Notes: a model not told the origin generated them from the letters alone. Counted from the first letter of the stretch, positions 10,385 to 22,940 are shown. The stretch is DNA of 64,000 bases from Methanothermococcus sp. Ax23 (GCF_049075655.1 NZ_CP157522.1:1152001-1216000), one strand, 5' to 3'. Numbers and translations: made by a program.

Positions 10385-11539
10385 CTGACAGTGTGAATTA
10401 ACAATACCATCTTTAAAATCAAAAAATAGAAATAGGTAGTAGTTAAATATCTCATTAAAAAACGGTGAATTCAGCATGCTAAAGACATTAAGTAATATGC
10501 TCACTAATTCTATAAATAGTTTAGGATTTAACTGTTCGGAAGAATTATCTAAGTTTGCATTGGTTAGAACGTTAACGCCGATAAAAACTATTAAAGCATT
10601 TTCAGAAAGTATTTCAAAAATCCACAGAACAACTATCGTTAAAAACTTGCAAAAACTCTTCGAAGAAGAGTTTTACTTATACGCTCAATTATTAAACCTT
10701 CCCGACATTTTGAATGACAATAGATTTAAATACGCTGCAATAATCGATTCAACATTATTAAGAAGATGGAGTGAAAATATTTATGGTTGTAGTATTAGAT
10801 ACAATTACATCGAAAATCATAGCAAACTATATCAAGAGCAAATAAACTGCTGTATCTATCACAAAAAAAAGGGCTTTATACTATTCACACTACGATAAAA
10901 CCACTCGACAAAAAATCCACAAACATATTTATTGAAATCATTGAATTTTTATCTCAAACTAACATCAGGACGGTTATAGGGGACAGTTTTATCACAACAA
11001 AGAAAATTCTAAAGGGATGTAAGGGATTGGGAATCGAATACATTGGCAAACTTAGGAAAAACATTATAATCGAGTTTTTCAGTAAGAAGGTTAAAGTGGA
11101 AGAATTGTTCGAAAAGGATTTTCAAAAAAGAAAGTTCAAATTAAGGACGATTAATGGAATAGAGTTCAAATTATCCGATAGGATTGTGAATATTCCAAAT
11201 GTTGGCAAGGTTAAAATCGTTGCTGTGCAAATGGAAAATCAGAAAAAACCTAAGTATTTAGTCTCTACAAACTATAAAAAGAAGGCAGAGAACATTATAA
11301 TCGAGTATATGAAGAGACCAAAGATAGAAGAAAAACATAAAAGGGATAAATCGATTTTAGAAGTTGAAGGGAATTACATAACTTCTGAAAAGAGTAATAT
11401 TGGATTCATTAGATTTATGGCGGTAGTATCAAACTGCATCGAATACTTAAGCTACAACTATGGATTATCGTTTTATGAAATCGTTAAAAAGTGTGGTAAA
11501 GAACTAATAAAGAAAGGAATATCATAATCACACTGTCAG
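10385..11539 (+). mobile_element. IS element (IS4-superfamily DDE; IS701/ISH3-like), 1155 bp
   Basis: 12-bp perfect TIR CTGACAGTGTGA (10385-10396 and 11528-11539); 7-bp target duplication TAACTTC (10378-10384 and 11540-11546). Confidence 0.92.
10476..11527 (+). pseudogene. DDE transposase split by a -1 frameshift at the A8 run near 10863-10870
   Basis: ORF1 has AIIDST; the -1 frame continues KKGLYTIH...VIGDSF...YMKRPKIEEKHKRDK (Y-R-E-K motif). Confidence 0.85.
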
Positions 11540-14293
11540 TAACTTCAAATACAGTGAGTTCCGCAGTCTCAACAGTAAGTAGCTATTTCCATCCCACTAT
11601 GGTCTGATTTTAACGATATTATGGCATTTAGTTTTAAAGAGATAATCGACTATTTCCATCCCACTATGGTCTGATTTTAACATCCCTGCCTTGATTGTCA
11701 CTATAATATTTACATATATATTTCCATCCCACTATGGTCTGATTTTAACGCTTTTCTTACGAATCCTTTTTTATCCTCTAATGTCATTTCCATCCCACTA
11801 TGGTCTGATTTTAACCCAAGATGTCGTAAAATCATTGAATAAGAAAAAAATAATTTCCATCCCACTATGGTCTGATTTTAACAATTCTTCATCATTTCTT
11901 TTTAGTATTAATTTATATTCTTCCCAATTTCCATCCCACTATGGTCTGATTTTAACTTTTTTTATAAACCTTTTTAGGCGGTTTTTATGACATGTGGAAA
12001 ATTTCCATCCCACTATGGTCTGATTTTAACGGAACTGGCAAGCCAAGGGATAAAGTGCCCTATCCAAATTTCCATCCCACTATGGTCTGATTTTAACTTC
12101 AACTGATAATGTATAAGTGCTACCTTTTGAGCTATTTCCATCCCACTATGGTCTGATTTTAACGCAGAAAAATACGCTGAAAGGGTTATGGATTATGATT
12201 TCCATCCCACTATGGTCTGATTTTAACTTCGACACAATGGCTGTCGAGATGTTTAAAACTGCATTTCCATCCCACTATGGTCTGATTTTAACACTGTAAT
12301 ATATGACGTCTCAGGAAATAACTTTAAATTTCCATCCCACCATGGTCTGATTTTAACGTATATATGTCAGTATTGCACAAAATATTATACAATTTCCATC
12401 CCACTATGGTCTGATTTTAACAATTTTTCAAATTCTTCTTCTGCTGTTTTTCTGTCAGATTTCCATCCCACTATGGTCTGATTTTAACCAGAAACTATAT
12501 TATAGAGTATATAGAATTTGAAATTTCCATCCCACTATGGTCTGATTTTAACAGCTCAATAGCGAAATTAATGACTTTATTGAATACTATTTCCATCCCA
12601 CTATGGTCTGATTTTAACCTCATTATACTCCAAGTCTTTAAATTCATAAATTAATTTCCATCCCACTATGGTCTGATTTTAACTAATATGATACAGCGAG
12701 AATACATAGAAAACGCAATAAATTTCCATCCCACTATGGTCTGATTTTAACTGATTCCGACACAGTAGATTCATACGCTGTGGGAGATGATTTCCATCCC
12801 ACTATGGTCTGATTTTAACATGTATTTATCATATGTCGCAACAATATCAAAGAAAGCATTTCCATCCCACCATGGTCTGATTTTAACTTCGTTTTTAATG
12901 TTTCGTATGACTCGTTATAGCAAACATTTCCATCCCACTATGGTCTGATTTTAACTTTGAGATAGCATAGAATATACCGCCACCTATTAACAATTTCCAT
13001 CCCACTATGGTCTGATTTTAACATATTTCCTGATATGTTGTTCTGTATGTTCTTTTTAATTTCCATCCCACTATGGTCTGATTTTAACTAAAGAAGTTGC
13101 AAATAAATATGGTATGAGTTATATGATTTCCATCCCACTATGGTCTGATTTTAACCTTTTAGGAGCTCCCGCACAATCCTTTTTCGAATTAGATTTCCAT
13201 CCCACTATGGTCTGATTTTAACGAACCGTTAAGCTTTCCAGCCGATTATATGGCAATAGAATTTCCATCCCACTATGGTCTGATTTTAACCTCATTATAC
13301 TCCAAGTCTTTAAATTCATAAATTAATTTCCATCCCACTATGGTCTGATTTTAACTAATATGATACAGCGAGAATACATAGAAAACGCAATAAATTTCCA
13401 TCCCACTATGGTCTGATTTTAACCTAAATAAAATGTTTTTAATGGTGTTAAATCAACATTTCCATCCCACTATGGTCTGATTTTAACGTTGAAAAATGCA
13501 TTATAGAACCGAAAGGAATAACAATTTCCATCCCACTATGGTCTGATTTTAACGAGACCATTTCCAGCATTCACTTGTAGGCGGTTGTTAGATTTCCATC
13601 CCACTATGGTCTGATTTTAACGAAGAAGAGATTCAAAGAATTAAAAAAATCTTAGATTTCCATCCCACTATGGTCTGATTTTAACAGCATTTACATCAAG
13701 AAGTTGTAAAAAGATATTAGAATTTCCATCCCACTATGGTCTGATTTTAACAGCATTTACATCAAGAAGTTGTAAAAAGATATTAGAATTTCCATCCCAC
13801 TATGGTCTGATTTTAACATCTGACCCAGTATGGAAGTAGGCGGTAGGTCCAGGAAGATTTCCATCCCACTATGGTCTGATTTTAACTTCATACGCACGGT
13901 TCTTAAAGAAGATGAGGGTATAAAATTTCCATCCCACTATGGTCTGATTTTAACAAAAAATAAAATTATATGGGTAATAGATAGATTTTCATATTTCCAT
14001 CCCACTATGGTCTGATTTTAACCCCAGAAATGCACGAATACAACACGATACCAACTCCTGATTTCCATCCCACTATGGTCTGATTTTAACATCATGAATG
14101 TAATAAAGGAGACTTTTTAATCGGATTTCCATCCCACTATGGTCTGATTTTAACAAATATCACCTTTGCATATTATACTAATACATAATAATATATTTCC
14201 ATCCCACTATGGTCTGATTTTAACCATAAACATCTTTTTCTTTATCCTTGATAAAATCAATATATTTCCATCCCACTATGGTCTGATTTTAAC

Positions 14294-14550
14294 AGTTTAA
14301 AATATTCCTTATTTTACACTAAATACCTTTGCATTTCTTCTATTTAAAACTTTCGAGTCTCGAATCACGTTGATTTTTAGAGTATATATAGTATTAGGGT
14401 TCGTCTACGACAGATAATTTACAAATATTTAAAGAAATAAACGATATTTTATAAGTATTTTTTAAAAATTTAAAAAATTAGCAAGGAAAACCATAAAATA
14501 ACTAAATATAGTATAGATATTTTAAAAATCCCCATAATTTCATTTATTTA
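14294..14550 (-). promoter_or_regulatory. CRISPR leader with BRE/TATA-like element and a palindrome
   Basis: AT-rich; minus-strand AAAGTTTTAAATA at about 14341-14353; palindrome TTCGAG-T-CTCGAA at 14352-14364; second copy at 31175. Confidence 0.85.
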
Positions 14551-14753
14551 AATTTATTAATTATATCAAAAATAATAGACATTTACGACGAAAGTAGGGG
14601 AGATATTTTCAAAAATAGAAAAAGAATAACCAATATTATAAAAAAATAATAGTTAATAGTAAGGATTTAAAACCTACACATTTTACTCATGGAATTTTTT
14701 CACGAAATTATCTTAAAGAATTAATATATTCAGAGCTCCGACCACCAATAAAA

Positions 14754-15392
14754 TCATGCCCTTTCATTTTTACTTAATGCTATAATTCCATTGGCAATTG
14801 ATACTGCAACAGGAGTTCCGCCTTTTGCCCCCACTGTGGTTATGGATGGAACATCGGTATTTCTTAAAGCCTCTTTTGACTCACTCGCCTTTACAAAACC
14901 AACCGGAGCTCCGATAACAAGTTTTGGTTTTATGTTCTCTTCATTTATCAACCTAATTACTTCAAATAGTGCAGTGGGTGCATTGCCTATTACAACAATA
15001 CCTCCATCAATAAGTTCTTTTGCAACCCTCATGGATGCCACTGCCCTTGTGATTTGCTCCTCCTCAGCCATTTTATAAGTTTCTTCATCGTTAATGAAAT
15101 TATATAAATTATTATACCTAATGCCTGCTTTAACCATGCCCACATCAACAACTATTGGTTTATTATTTTTAATTGCTTCGATACCGTTATTTATTGGGTC
15201 GTTTTTAAATGTTAAGAGTTTTGCATATTCTTCATCAGCAGTGGCATGCACAACTCTTTCCATTATTACCAATTCTTCATTGGAGTAATTCTTTAATTTA
15301 TCCCCTAAAACACTTTTTATTTTATTTCTTACAATTTCCCTAGATTTTTCAGCAATATTTAGTCCCTCTTTTGTTGTAGCTCCCATAAACAT
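14754..15392 (-). CDS. cbiC: Precorrin-8X/cobalt-precorrin-8 methylmutase
   Basis: ERVVHATAD, IGNAPTALF, GAPVGFVKASESKE, KGGTPVA; start 15392 preferred over 15419. Confidence 0.92.
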   Translation of the reverse strand: MFMGATTKEGLNIAEKSREIVRNKIKSVLGDKLKNYSNEELVIMERVVHATADEEYAKLLTFKNDPINNGIEAIKNNKPIVVDVGMVKAGIRYNNLYNFINDEETYKMAEEEQITRAVASMRVAKELIDGGIVVIGNAPTALFEVIRLINEENIKPKLVIGAPVGFVKASESKEALRNTDVPSITTVGAKGGTPVAVSIANGIIALSKNERA

Positions 15393-15469
15393 AATATCAT
15401 CTTTTTCATCCTTTTCCATTGAATATGATTCAAAATTTAAATATAATTTTACATTTTATTTATTATAAT

Positions 15470-15748
15470 TTATTCTACCATTTTTAAAACTACCTTTACT
15501 TCATCCGATTTAGTATGGACGAGCTCTATTAAATCATCAACTACACTGGATAGTTCGAGCTCTACAAGTCCCATCAAATCATTGTCAGAATCCAATCTAA
15601 AAAATGTGCCGTCTTTACTAATAACAGTGCCTTCCAAATGACATCTTCCAAAATATGCCTCTACATAATCTCCTTCGTCAATAGTGTCAATATATTTATA
15701 TAATTCATCTTCCTCGTTAATAATCATTTCAATAACTTTCATAATCAT
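15470..15748 (-). CDS. Small conserved methanogen protein (DUF2097-like)
   Basis: EGDYVEAYFGRCHLEG motif; acidic 92-aa ORF. Confidence 0.6.
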   Translation of the reverse strand: MIMKVIEMIINEEDELYKYIDTIDEGDYVEAYFGRCHLEGTVISKDGTFFRLDSDNDLMGLVELELSSVVDDLIELVHTKSDEVKVVLKMVE

Positions 15749-15837
15749 CCCTTTTGGTATTTTATATTTTTATATAATATGGGCACGTCCAGATATTAGT
15801 GTTGGTATTCTTATGCATATATTCAATATATATTGTA

Positions 15838-16659
15838 TTAAACGCCCATAACTGTTCTAAACAAATCTCTAAGTCCTGGGGCAAGTCCCAAAGCCATTAT
15901 AGTTATTTTTAGAATATTTCTCAAATCTTTATTATCTACTTCCTCGTTTATGATATATAATACAGATATAACCACAATCAGTTTTAAAGGTATCATTACA
16001 TAAGGTCCAAAGATGTCCATAAAAAATCTTGGTATAGGGTGCTGTTCCCAATATCCATATACTCCTATACCAATGGCTGTTGCTGAGGCATCTGTTAATT
16101 GTGAGAATATAGCATATTTGTCTATGCTGTCAAATTTTAATTTATTTTTTAAAACTTCTATTCTTTCAATAAGATATATCATAATACCATAAGTAATACC
16201 TATTATACCAAATACATAAAACAGTGCTTCTATATGCACCATATTTTTTAAAAATATACTTAATAGATAGATTGTTGGAATTATTGCCATTAACATTGCT
16301 GAAATATGGTATTTCTCTTTTTTAAATAATATTCCCGAAAGGATTATTGAAATTATATAATATAATCCCACCGAAACCACAATACCCGGGGTTACTGTAT
16401 AATATGTATGTGGAACATATCCTGCATCAACCAGAGCTCTTATTAACGATATTAATATAACATAAAAAATTGTAATCAATGCAAACTTTCTGTCTATATC
16501 AATATTTAATAATTTACAGACTCTATAAAATCCATAAACCATAACAAACAGTAATATACCATATGTAATCTCTTGAATAAGATTATATCCAGATTTTGTC
16601 TCAATAGGATTAATATAATATTTATAAACGAACTCCAAAAATGCTTCTTTTAAGTCCAT
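15838..16659 (-). CDS. DUF63-family multi-pass membrane protein
   Basis: GYNLIQEITYG, TPGI, DASATAIG, YWEQHP, LGLAPGLRD; RBS supports start at 16659. Confidence 0.85.
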   Translation of the reverse strand: MDLKEAFLEFVYKYYINPIETKSGYNLIQEITYGILLFVMVYGFYRVCKLLNIDIDRKFALITIFYVILISLIRALVDAGYVPHTYYTVTPGIVVSVGLYYIISIILSGILFKKEKYHISAMLMAIIPTIYLLSIFLKNMVHIEALFYVFGIIGITYGIMIYLIERIEVLKNKLKFDSIDKYAIFSQLTDASATAIGIGVYGYWEQHPIPRFFMDIFGPYVMIPLKLIVVISVLYIINEEVDNKDLRNILKITIMALGLAPGLRDLFRTVMGV

Positions 16660-16738
16660 TAAATCACCACATAAATATATATTACTTATATGATTTAATG
16701 ATATATAAATATAAATAATAGTAAAATCTGGTGGTGTT

Positions 16739-17059
16739 ATGAAAATCATGAATGCTAAAATGTTAAGAATATATTTGAAAGAAACTGATAAACATGAAGG
16801 AATGCCCCTATATAGATACATATTAAAAAAATTTAAAGAAAATGAAATTGCAGGAGCTACTGTTTTGAGAGGATTTTGTGGCTATGGAGTAAGGGGCATA
16901 TCTGAAATTGATGTTGTAAGACTTTCTATGGATTTACCTGTAATAATTGAATGTATTGAATACGAGGAGAAATTGGTAAAACTACTGCCTGAATTAACTG
17001 AAATAATAGGGGAAAATGGGATTATAAGCCTTATAGATGCCAGTATTATAAAGAAATAA
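16739..17059 (+). CDS. DUF190 (PII-like) protein
   Basis: LRIYLKETDKHEGMPLY, IAGATVLRGFCGYG, LSMDLPVIIE. Confidence 0.88.
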   Translation: MKIMNAKMLRIYLKETDKHEGMPLYRYILKKFKENEIAGATVLRGFCGYGVRGISEIDVVRLSMDLPVIIECIEYEEKLVKLLPELTEIIGENGIISLIDASIIKK

Positions 17060-17204
17060 AGAGGTAAATGAATAAAAATAAAATATAAAATAAAAACTGA
17101 AATAAGAGAAAAAAAGAATAATAGATAAAAAGAAAAAAACAGTAATGAGAAAAATAAGGATGTAATAAAAAAAGAAAGAAAAAGAAAGAAAAAGAGAAAT
17201 AAGG

Positions 17205-18284
17205 GTGTTTAGTTTGGATTTTTCATATTTACTTAGTAAAAAACATAAAATTTGCAAAAAAATAAAATCCATTGATAGGGAATTTGATATTGGCGGATAT
17301 TGGATTTCGCAGGATTTTGAAAATCTATCAGATTGTGTATTTGCTGGCGGAGATGGTAGTTTTAATAAAATAGATTATATCGACTACTGTCTTTATTCAA
17401 TAGGTGCTGTTTCATATATAAACAAAGTTGGAGAAAAAATAGAAGAATCCATTTCCTATTGGGATACCGATATAATACTACCTTATAAGTATATATCAAA
17501 TAGACTTAGGCTTTATATGATAAATATGGAGTTAAAAACTGCACTGTGGAATTTTAAAAATAAAAATATCGATTATTATCTATTTGATGGCTCGTTATAT
17601 TCTCTTTTAATCCAAACTCACACCTATGGAACCATTATTGAAAATGAAAATAAAGAAGATGAAAAATCAATTGTAGATTACTATAATGAATACAGCAAGG
17701 AAATTAAAAGTAGAATTCTTGAAAATATCCATGAGAATCAGCTTGCTCCAACTATTACCATAGAATGTAAAAATGATAAGGAAAGGATAATACTTGAACA
17801 ACTTGAATATATAGTTCTTTTAACGGAGCTCCTACAAAAGTATGACAAAAAAATAATTGGTATCTCAAAAACTTCAAAAATGAATTTGTATTTTAAAGAA
17901 TCGAATATTCCTGATATTGCAGTGTTTTCAAAACTAAAAGGAGCAGGATATTCAAAGCCATTAAATTTAGCGGATGAAAAAATAAAGGAGATAAATAGGA
18001 ATGTATATTACAATACAAATCACTTAAAAAAATTTGGATACAGCGTTGATGAATTATACTACCAATTTGTAAGGTTGGATAATAACTCAGGTATGTTAAA
18101 TATTACTTCATTTTCAAAACTGAATAATGAAATCTTTTCAAATTTAAGGGAAATATCCATTGCAGGATATCCATATATATTAAAAAAATCCCATGAAACT
18201 GTAAAGATAGGAGATAAAGATATGGAGCTCTGTGCTAAATTATTGGGAATATACAATAAAAGCGATAGAAATTTGATACTTTAA
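17205..18284 (+). CDS. nurA: DNA double-strand-break repair nuclease NurA
   Basis: AGGDGS, LFDGSL, GISKTS, GYPYILKKSHE. Confidence 0.85.
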   Translation: MFSLDFSYLLSKKHKICKKIKSIDREFDIGGYWISQDFENLSDCVFAGGDGSFNKIDYIDYCLYSIGAVSYINKVGEKIEESISYWDTDIILPYKYISNRLRLYMINMELKTALWNFKNKNIDYYLFDGSLYSLLIQTHTYGTIIENENKEDEKSIVDYYNEYSKEIKSRILENIHENQLAPTITIECKNDKERIILEQLEYIVLLTELLQKYDKKIIGISKTSKMNLYFKESNIPDIAVFSKLKGAGYSKPLNLADEKIKEINRNVYYNTNHLKKFGYSVDELYYQFVRLDNNSGMLNITSFSKLNNEIFSNLREISIAGYPYILKKSHETVKIGDKDMELCAKLLGIYNKSDRNLIL

Positions 18285-18363
18285 CTTTAATTTTTATATT
18301 CATCGACATATAACGAACAAAAGTTTGTTTTAAATCGAAACTTTTATATAATATACAATATAA

Positions 18364-19110
18364 TTGAAATTCATGGAAAAAATAAAAGTGCATATTATCG
18401 GGGACATTGTATTGTCCGAAGATATAGGAAAGAGCATGAAGAAATGGAGGGAGATGTTCAATATCCCGCAGATAGATATCGCAAGATATTTAGATTTATC
18501 TCCATCAGTTATAAGTGATTATGAAACTGGTAGGAGAAAAAATCCAGGAGTAAATATCGTAAAAAGATATGTTAATGCATTAGTTGAACTTGACAAAGAA
18601 AACGGAGGGCACACAATCAGAGCTCTTCAAAAGGTTTTAAATCCGCCATCAATGAAACCCATTCTTCAAATAAGGGAATATAAAAACCCAAAGTCCATCA
18701 AAGACCTGTTAGATGTTATCGAAGGGGAGATTGTATGTTATGGAAATCGAAAAATTTCAAAATCTTCTGAGGATACTCAGGAGATAGAAAGTAAGTTGAA
18801 CAGCCAAATATTTGGTCACACTGTTGTAGATAGTGTAAGGGCAATATTGGAAATGGATGGGCAGGATTTTTTAAATTTATACGGTTGGACTACTGAGAGA
18901 GCACTGATATTTACAAATGTTTCGTCTGGGAGAAGTCCAATGGTTGCCATAAGGGTGAGCTCTATAAAACCAAGGTTGGTGGTTTTTCAGGGAGTATCTC
19001 ACTTGGATAAATTGGCACTAAAAATAGCAGAAATTGAGGGAATACCACTGATTATAACAAAACTTAACATTGATGAACTGTTAAAGAGATTAAAGGGAAT
19101 ATCCAATTAA
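18364..19110 (+). CDS. XRE-type HTH transcriptional regulator (COG1709-like)
   Basis: MKKWREMF...[17 protein letters not shown]; [26 protein letters not shown]. Confidence 0.85.
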   Translation: MKFMEKIKVHIIGDIVLSEDIGKSMKKWREMFNIPQIDIARYLDLSPSVISDYETGRRKNPGVNIVKRYVNALVELDKENGGHTIRALQKVLNPPSMKPILQIREYKNPKSIKDLLDVIEGEIVCYGNRKISKSSEDTQEIESKLNSQIFGHTVVDSVRAILEMDGQDFLNLYGWTTERALIFTNVSSGRSPMVAIRVSSIKPRLVVFQGVSHLDKLALKIAEIEGIPLIITKLNIDELLKRLKGISN

Positions 19111-19186
19111 TATTATCTATTATTGTTATTTTTGTTTTATTATTATTTTTTTAATTTATTTGATTATTATTAAAAAAGGTGATTAC

Positions 19187-20233
19187 ATGAAAGTTGGTAT
19201 TGTAGGTTATGGAAGTTATATTCCCAAATATAGAATAAAAGTAGAGGAAATTGCAAAAGTTTGGGGAAAAAATCCAGAATCCATAAAAAATGGATTGGTG
19301 GTCAATGAAAAAAGTGTCCCTTCACCAGATGAAGATACTGCAACAATAGCTGTTGAAGCAGGTAGAAACGCCTTAAAAAGAGCTGGCATAAATCCGCAAG
19401 ATATTGGGGCAGTTTATGTGGGTAGTGAAAGCCACCCCTATGCAGTAAAACCAACATCTTCAATAGTGGCAGAGGCATTGGGAGCTACGCCAGATTTAAC
19501 AGCGGCAGATTTGGAATTTGCATGTAAGGCAGGAACTGCGGGAATCCAGATGTGCATGGGTCTTGTTAGTAGCGGGATTGTAAAATACGGTATGGCAATT
19601 GGTGCAGATACAGCCCAGGGAGCTCCGGGAGATGCACTTGAATATACCGCAGCAGCAGGCGGTGCAGCATATATTATTGGAAACAATAAGGATGAATTAA
19701 TTGCAGAAATAAACGACACCTGTTCTTTTACAACAGATACTCCCGACTTTTGGAGAAGAGAGGGGGAGTCCTATCCAAGACATGGTGGGAGATTTACAGG
19801 AGAACCTGCATTTTTTAGACATGTATTATGTGCGGCTAATAAAATAATGGAAAAAATGGGAACTATGCCAGAAGATTACGATTACTGTGTATTCCACCAA
19901 CCAAATGGAAAATTCTACATAAAGGCGGCAAAATCATTAGGATTTACAAATGAACAGTATAAATACGGACTTTTAACTCCTTACTTGGGAAATACCTATT
20001 CAGGTGCTGTTCCACTGGGGCTTTCAAATGTTTTAGACCATGCAAAAGAAGGAGATAGGATTTTGGCAGTATCTTATGGAAGTGGTGCAGGTAGTGATGC
20101 CTTTGACATTACCGTAACGGATAGAATCGAGGAAGTTAAAAACAAGGCTCCAAAAACAATGGATTTACTCAATAGGAAGAAATATGTAGATTATGCAGTT
20201 TATTTGAAATACAGAGGCGGGATAAAGATTTAA
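19187..20233 (+). CDS. Hydroxymethylglutaryl-CoA synthase
   Basis: [37 protein letters not shown]; start follows GGTGA RBS. Confidence 0.95.
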   Translation: MKVGIVGYGSYIPKYRIKVEEIAKVWGKNPESIKNGLVVNEKSVPSPDEDTATIAVEAGRNALKRAGINPQDIGAVYVGSESHPYAVKPTSSIVAEALGATPDLTAADLEFACKAGTAGIQMCMGLVSSGIVKYGMAIGADTAQGAPGDALEYTAAAGGAAYIIGNNKDELIAEINDTCSFTTDTPDFWRREGESYPRHGGRFTGEPAFFRHVLCAANKIMEKMGTMPEDYDYCVFHQPNGKFYIKAAKSLGFTNEQYKYGLLTPYLGNTYSGAVPLGLSNVLDHAKEGDRILAVSYGSGAGSDAFDITVTDRIEEVKNKAPKTMDLLNRKKYVDYAVYLKYRGGIKI

Positions 20234-20293
20234 TTTAAAATAAATAAAAATAAAATAAAAAATCCATATGAAAAAATAAAATAAAAAAATTAA

Positions 20294-21511
<1,218 letters not shown>

Positions 21512-21532
21512 AATATAATTAAATTAAAATAA

Positions 21533-22461
21533 TAGTATGGGTCAAAATATATAACCTATACTAAATATAATATTATAAAAAAGACGATATTATGAAGGCT
21601 GAGGAAGTGGTAAATAAGATAATTACATCAGATTTAATTAATAGAATCCCTAAACGAAGAAAGGTAGGGAGGAAAGGATATAATTTAGAGTTGAGGCTTA
21701 AACTATTAGTGTATGCCTTTTTAAAAGGCATACACTCAAATAGAGCGTTAGTATTACACTTACAAAATAATCCTCAGATTTTAAAAACATTGGGATTTAA
21801 ATCTTGTCCTGGTAGGAGAACCATCGATAGATGGAAAAAATCCCTTGATGAAGAATTGCATGCAATAATTACTTTATTAGGTGATAAATATATTGAACTG
21901 AATAATCCTGAATGGTCAATATATGATAGTACTCCAATAAGGGATGAAATGGACAAAGATGGAAAAATAGGATACAATAGTGAAGGGATATTCAAAGGCT
22001 TTAAATTACACTTAGCAGTGGATAAGCGAGGAATACCATTGAGAGCAGAATTTACCGCGGCAAATACTCATGACGTTAAAGTGGCTGATAAATTGTTAGT
22101 ATCTACCAAAAAATCCTGCGCAGATGCGGGCTATGATTCAAAAGATTTAAAAAAAAGCTAAGGAGTTATACCAAAACGAACTAATAACTGCCCATAATCC
22201 ACGGAGATTAGGTAAGAAAAACAAAAAGAAACTTCCGAAAGAAGTCTCTAAGATAAGAGTTAAAATAGAACATACCAATTCGATATTAAAGAATAGATTT
22301 ATGAATAAGTATTGGACAAATGTTAAGGGTTATGTTCGTAAAAAAATATTCTGCTTCTGTGCAGTGGCTTCTGCACAGGTTTTAGCATTATATAATCTAA
22401 TTACCAGAGGTTATCCTTATATGAAAGTCTTAGAGGTTAGGGTGTAATATGACCCACACTA
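21533..22461 (+). mobile_element. IS5-like insertion sequence, 929 bp
   Basis: TIR TAGT(A/G)TGGGTCA at both ends; 11-bp direct repeat AATTAAAATAA at 21522-21532 and 22462-22472. Confidence 0.88.
21592..22447 (+). pseudogene. IS5-like DDE transposase with a +1 frameshift at the A8 run near 22149-22156
   Basis: IYDSTPI, GFKLHLAVD, ANTHD, ADAGYDS; the +1 frame continues AKELYQNELITAHNPR...KIRVKIEHTNSILK to TAA at 22445-22447. Confidence 0.85.
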
Positions 22462-22622
22462 AATTAAAATAAATATAAATAGCATAAATATAAATTAAAA
22501 TTATGTTAAAATTAAATAAAATAAAAAACTTAAATGAAATGAATAAAAAGTAAAATAAAAAGTAAAAAACTTAAAATAAATAACCAAAATAATCTAAAAA
22601 ACAAAACTAAAAAAGTGAGACT

Positions 22623-22940
22623 ATGGTTATGGGAATGGGTGTAAAATCTAATTTCTTCACTAAAAAGTTGGTAAAATTCATAAAATTCACACTATTTGAT
22701 AAATCAATAGAAATGAAAAGATTTAGAAAAATTATGCTTAATATTCTATTATTGGGCATGTTCATGGTTATATCATCCTATATATTACTTGGAGATTTGG
22801 CAATATATATTTTAGTGTGTGAATTTATAATAATTATTTTAATGGTCATAGGGATTGGATTATATATTCAATATAGGGAAAAATTAGAAGAATTTAGTGA
22901 TAAATTAAAAAACTCCTCCTTAATTAATAAGGTGAAATAA
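22623..22940 (+). CDS. Hypothetical membrane protein (two TM helices)
   Basis: Two hydrophobic segments; stop overlaps the next start (TAATG). Confidence 0.6.
   Translation: MVMGMGVKSNFFTKKLVKFIKFTLFDKSIEMKRFRKIMLNILLLGMFMVISSYILLGDLAIYILVCEFIIIILMVIGIGLYIQYREKLEEFSDKLKNSSLINKVK

Larger units (their letters stand above)
10353..14293 (-). CRISPR. CRISPR array: 41 full repeats (11585-14293) plus one degenerate terminal repeat (10353-10381), 41 spacers, interrupted by an IS
   Basis: 30-bp repeat ATTTCCATCCCACTATGGTCTGATTTTAAC (minus strand GTTAAAATCAGACCATAGTGGGATGGAAAT); 34-44 bp spacers; AT-rich leader on the right and degenerate repeat on the left give the orientation. Confidence 0.98.

Noticed and set aside
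13156-13192. Self-targeting spacer matching 24975-24988 (CTTTTAGGAGCTCC)
   Set aside because: Only 14 nt match, and it is built around the abundant GAGCTC motif
11691-14015. ORFs 11691-11990, 12117-12299 and 13830-14015
   Set aside because: They are translations of CRISPR repeats and spacers (recurrent FPSHYGLILT and ISIPLWSDFN)
17060-17204. Purine-rich tracts here and at about 22470-22620 and 59520-59620
   Set aside because: No periodic unit; ordinary A-rich intergenic DNA; the overlapping F/L/I-rich antisense ORFs are artefacts
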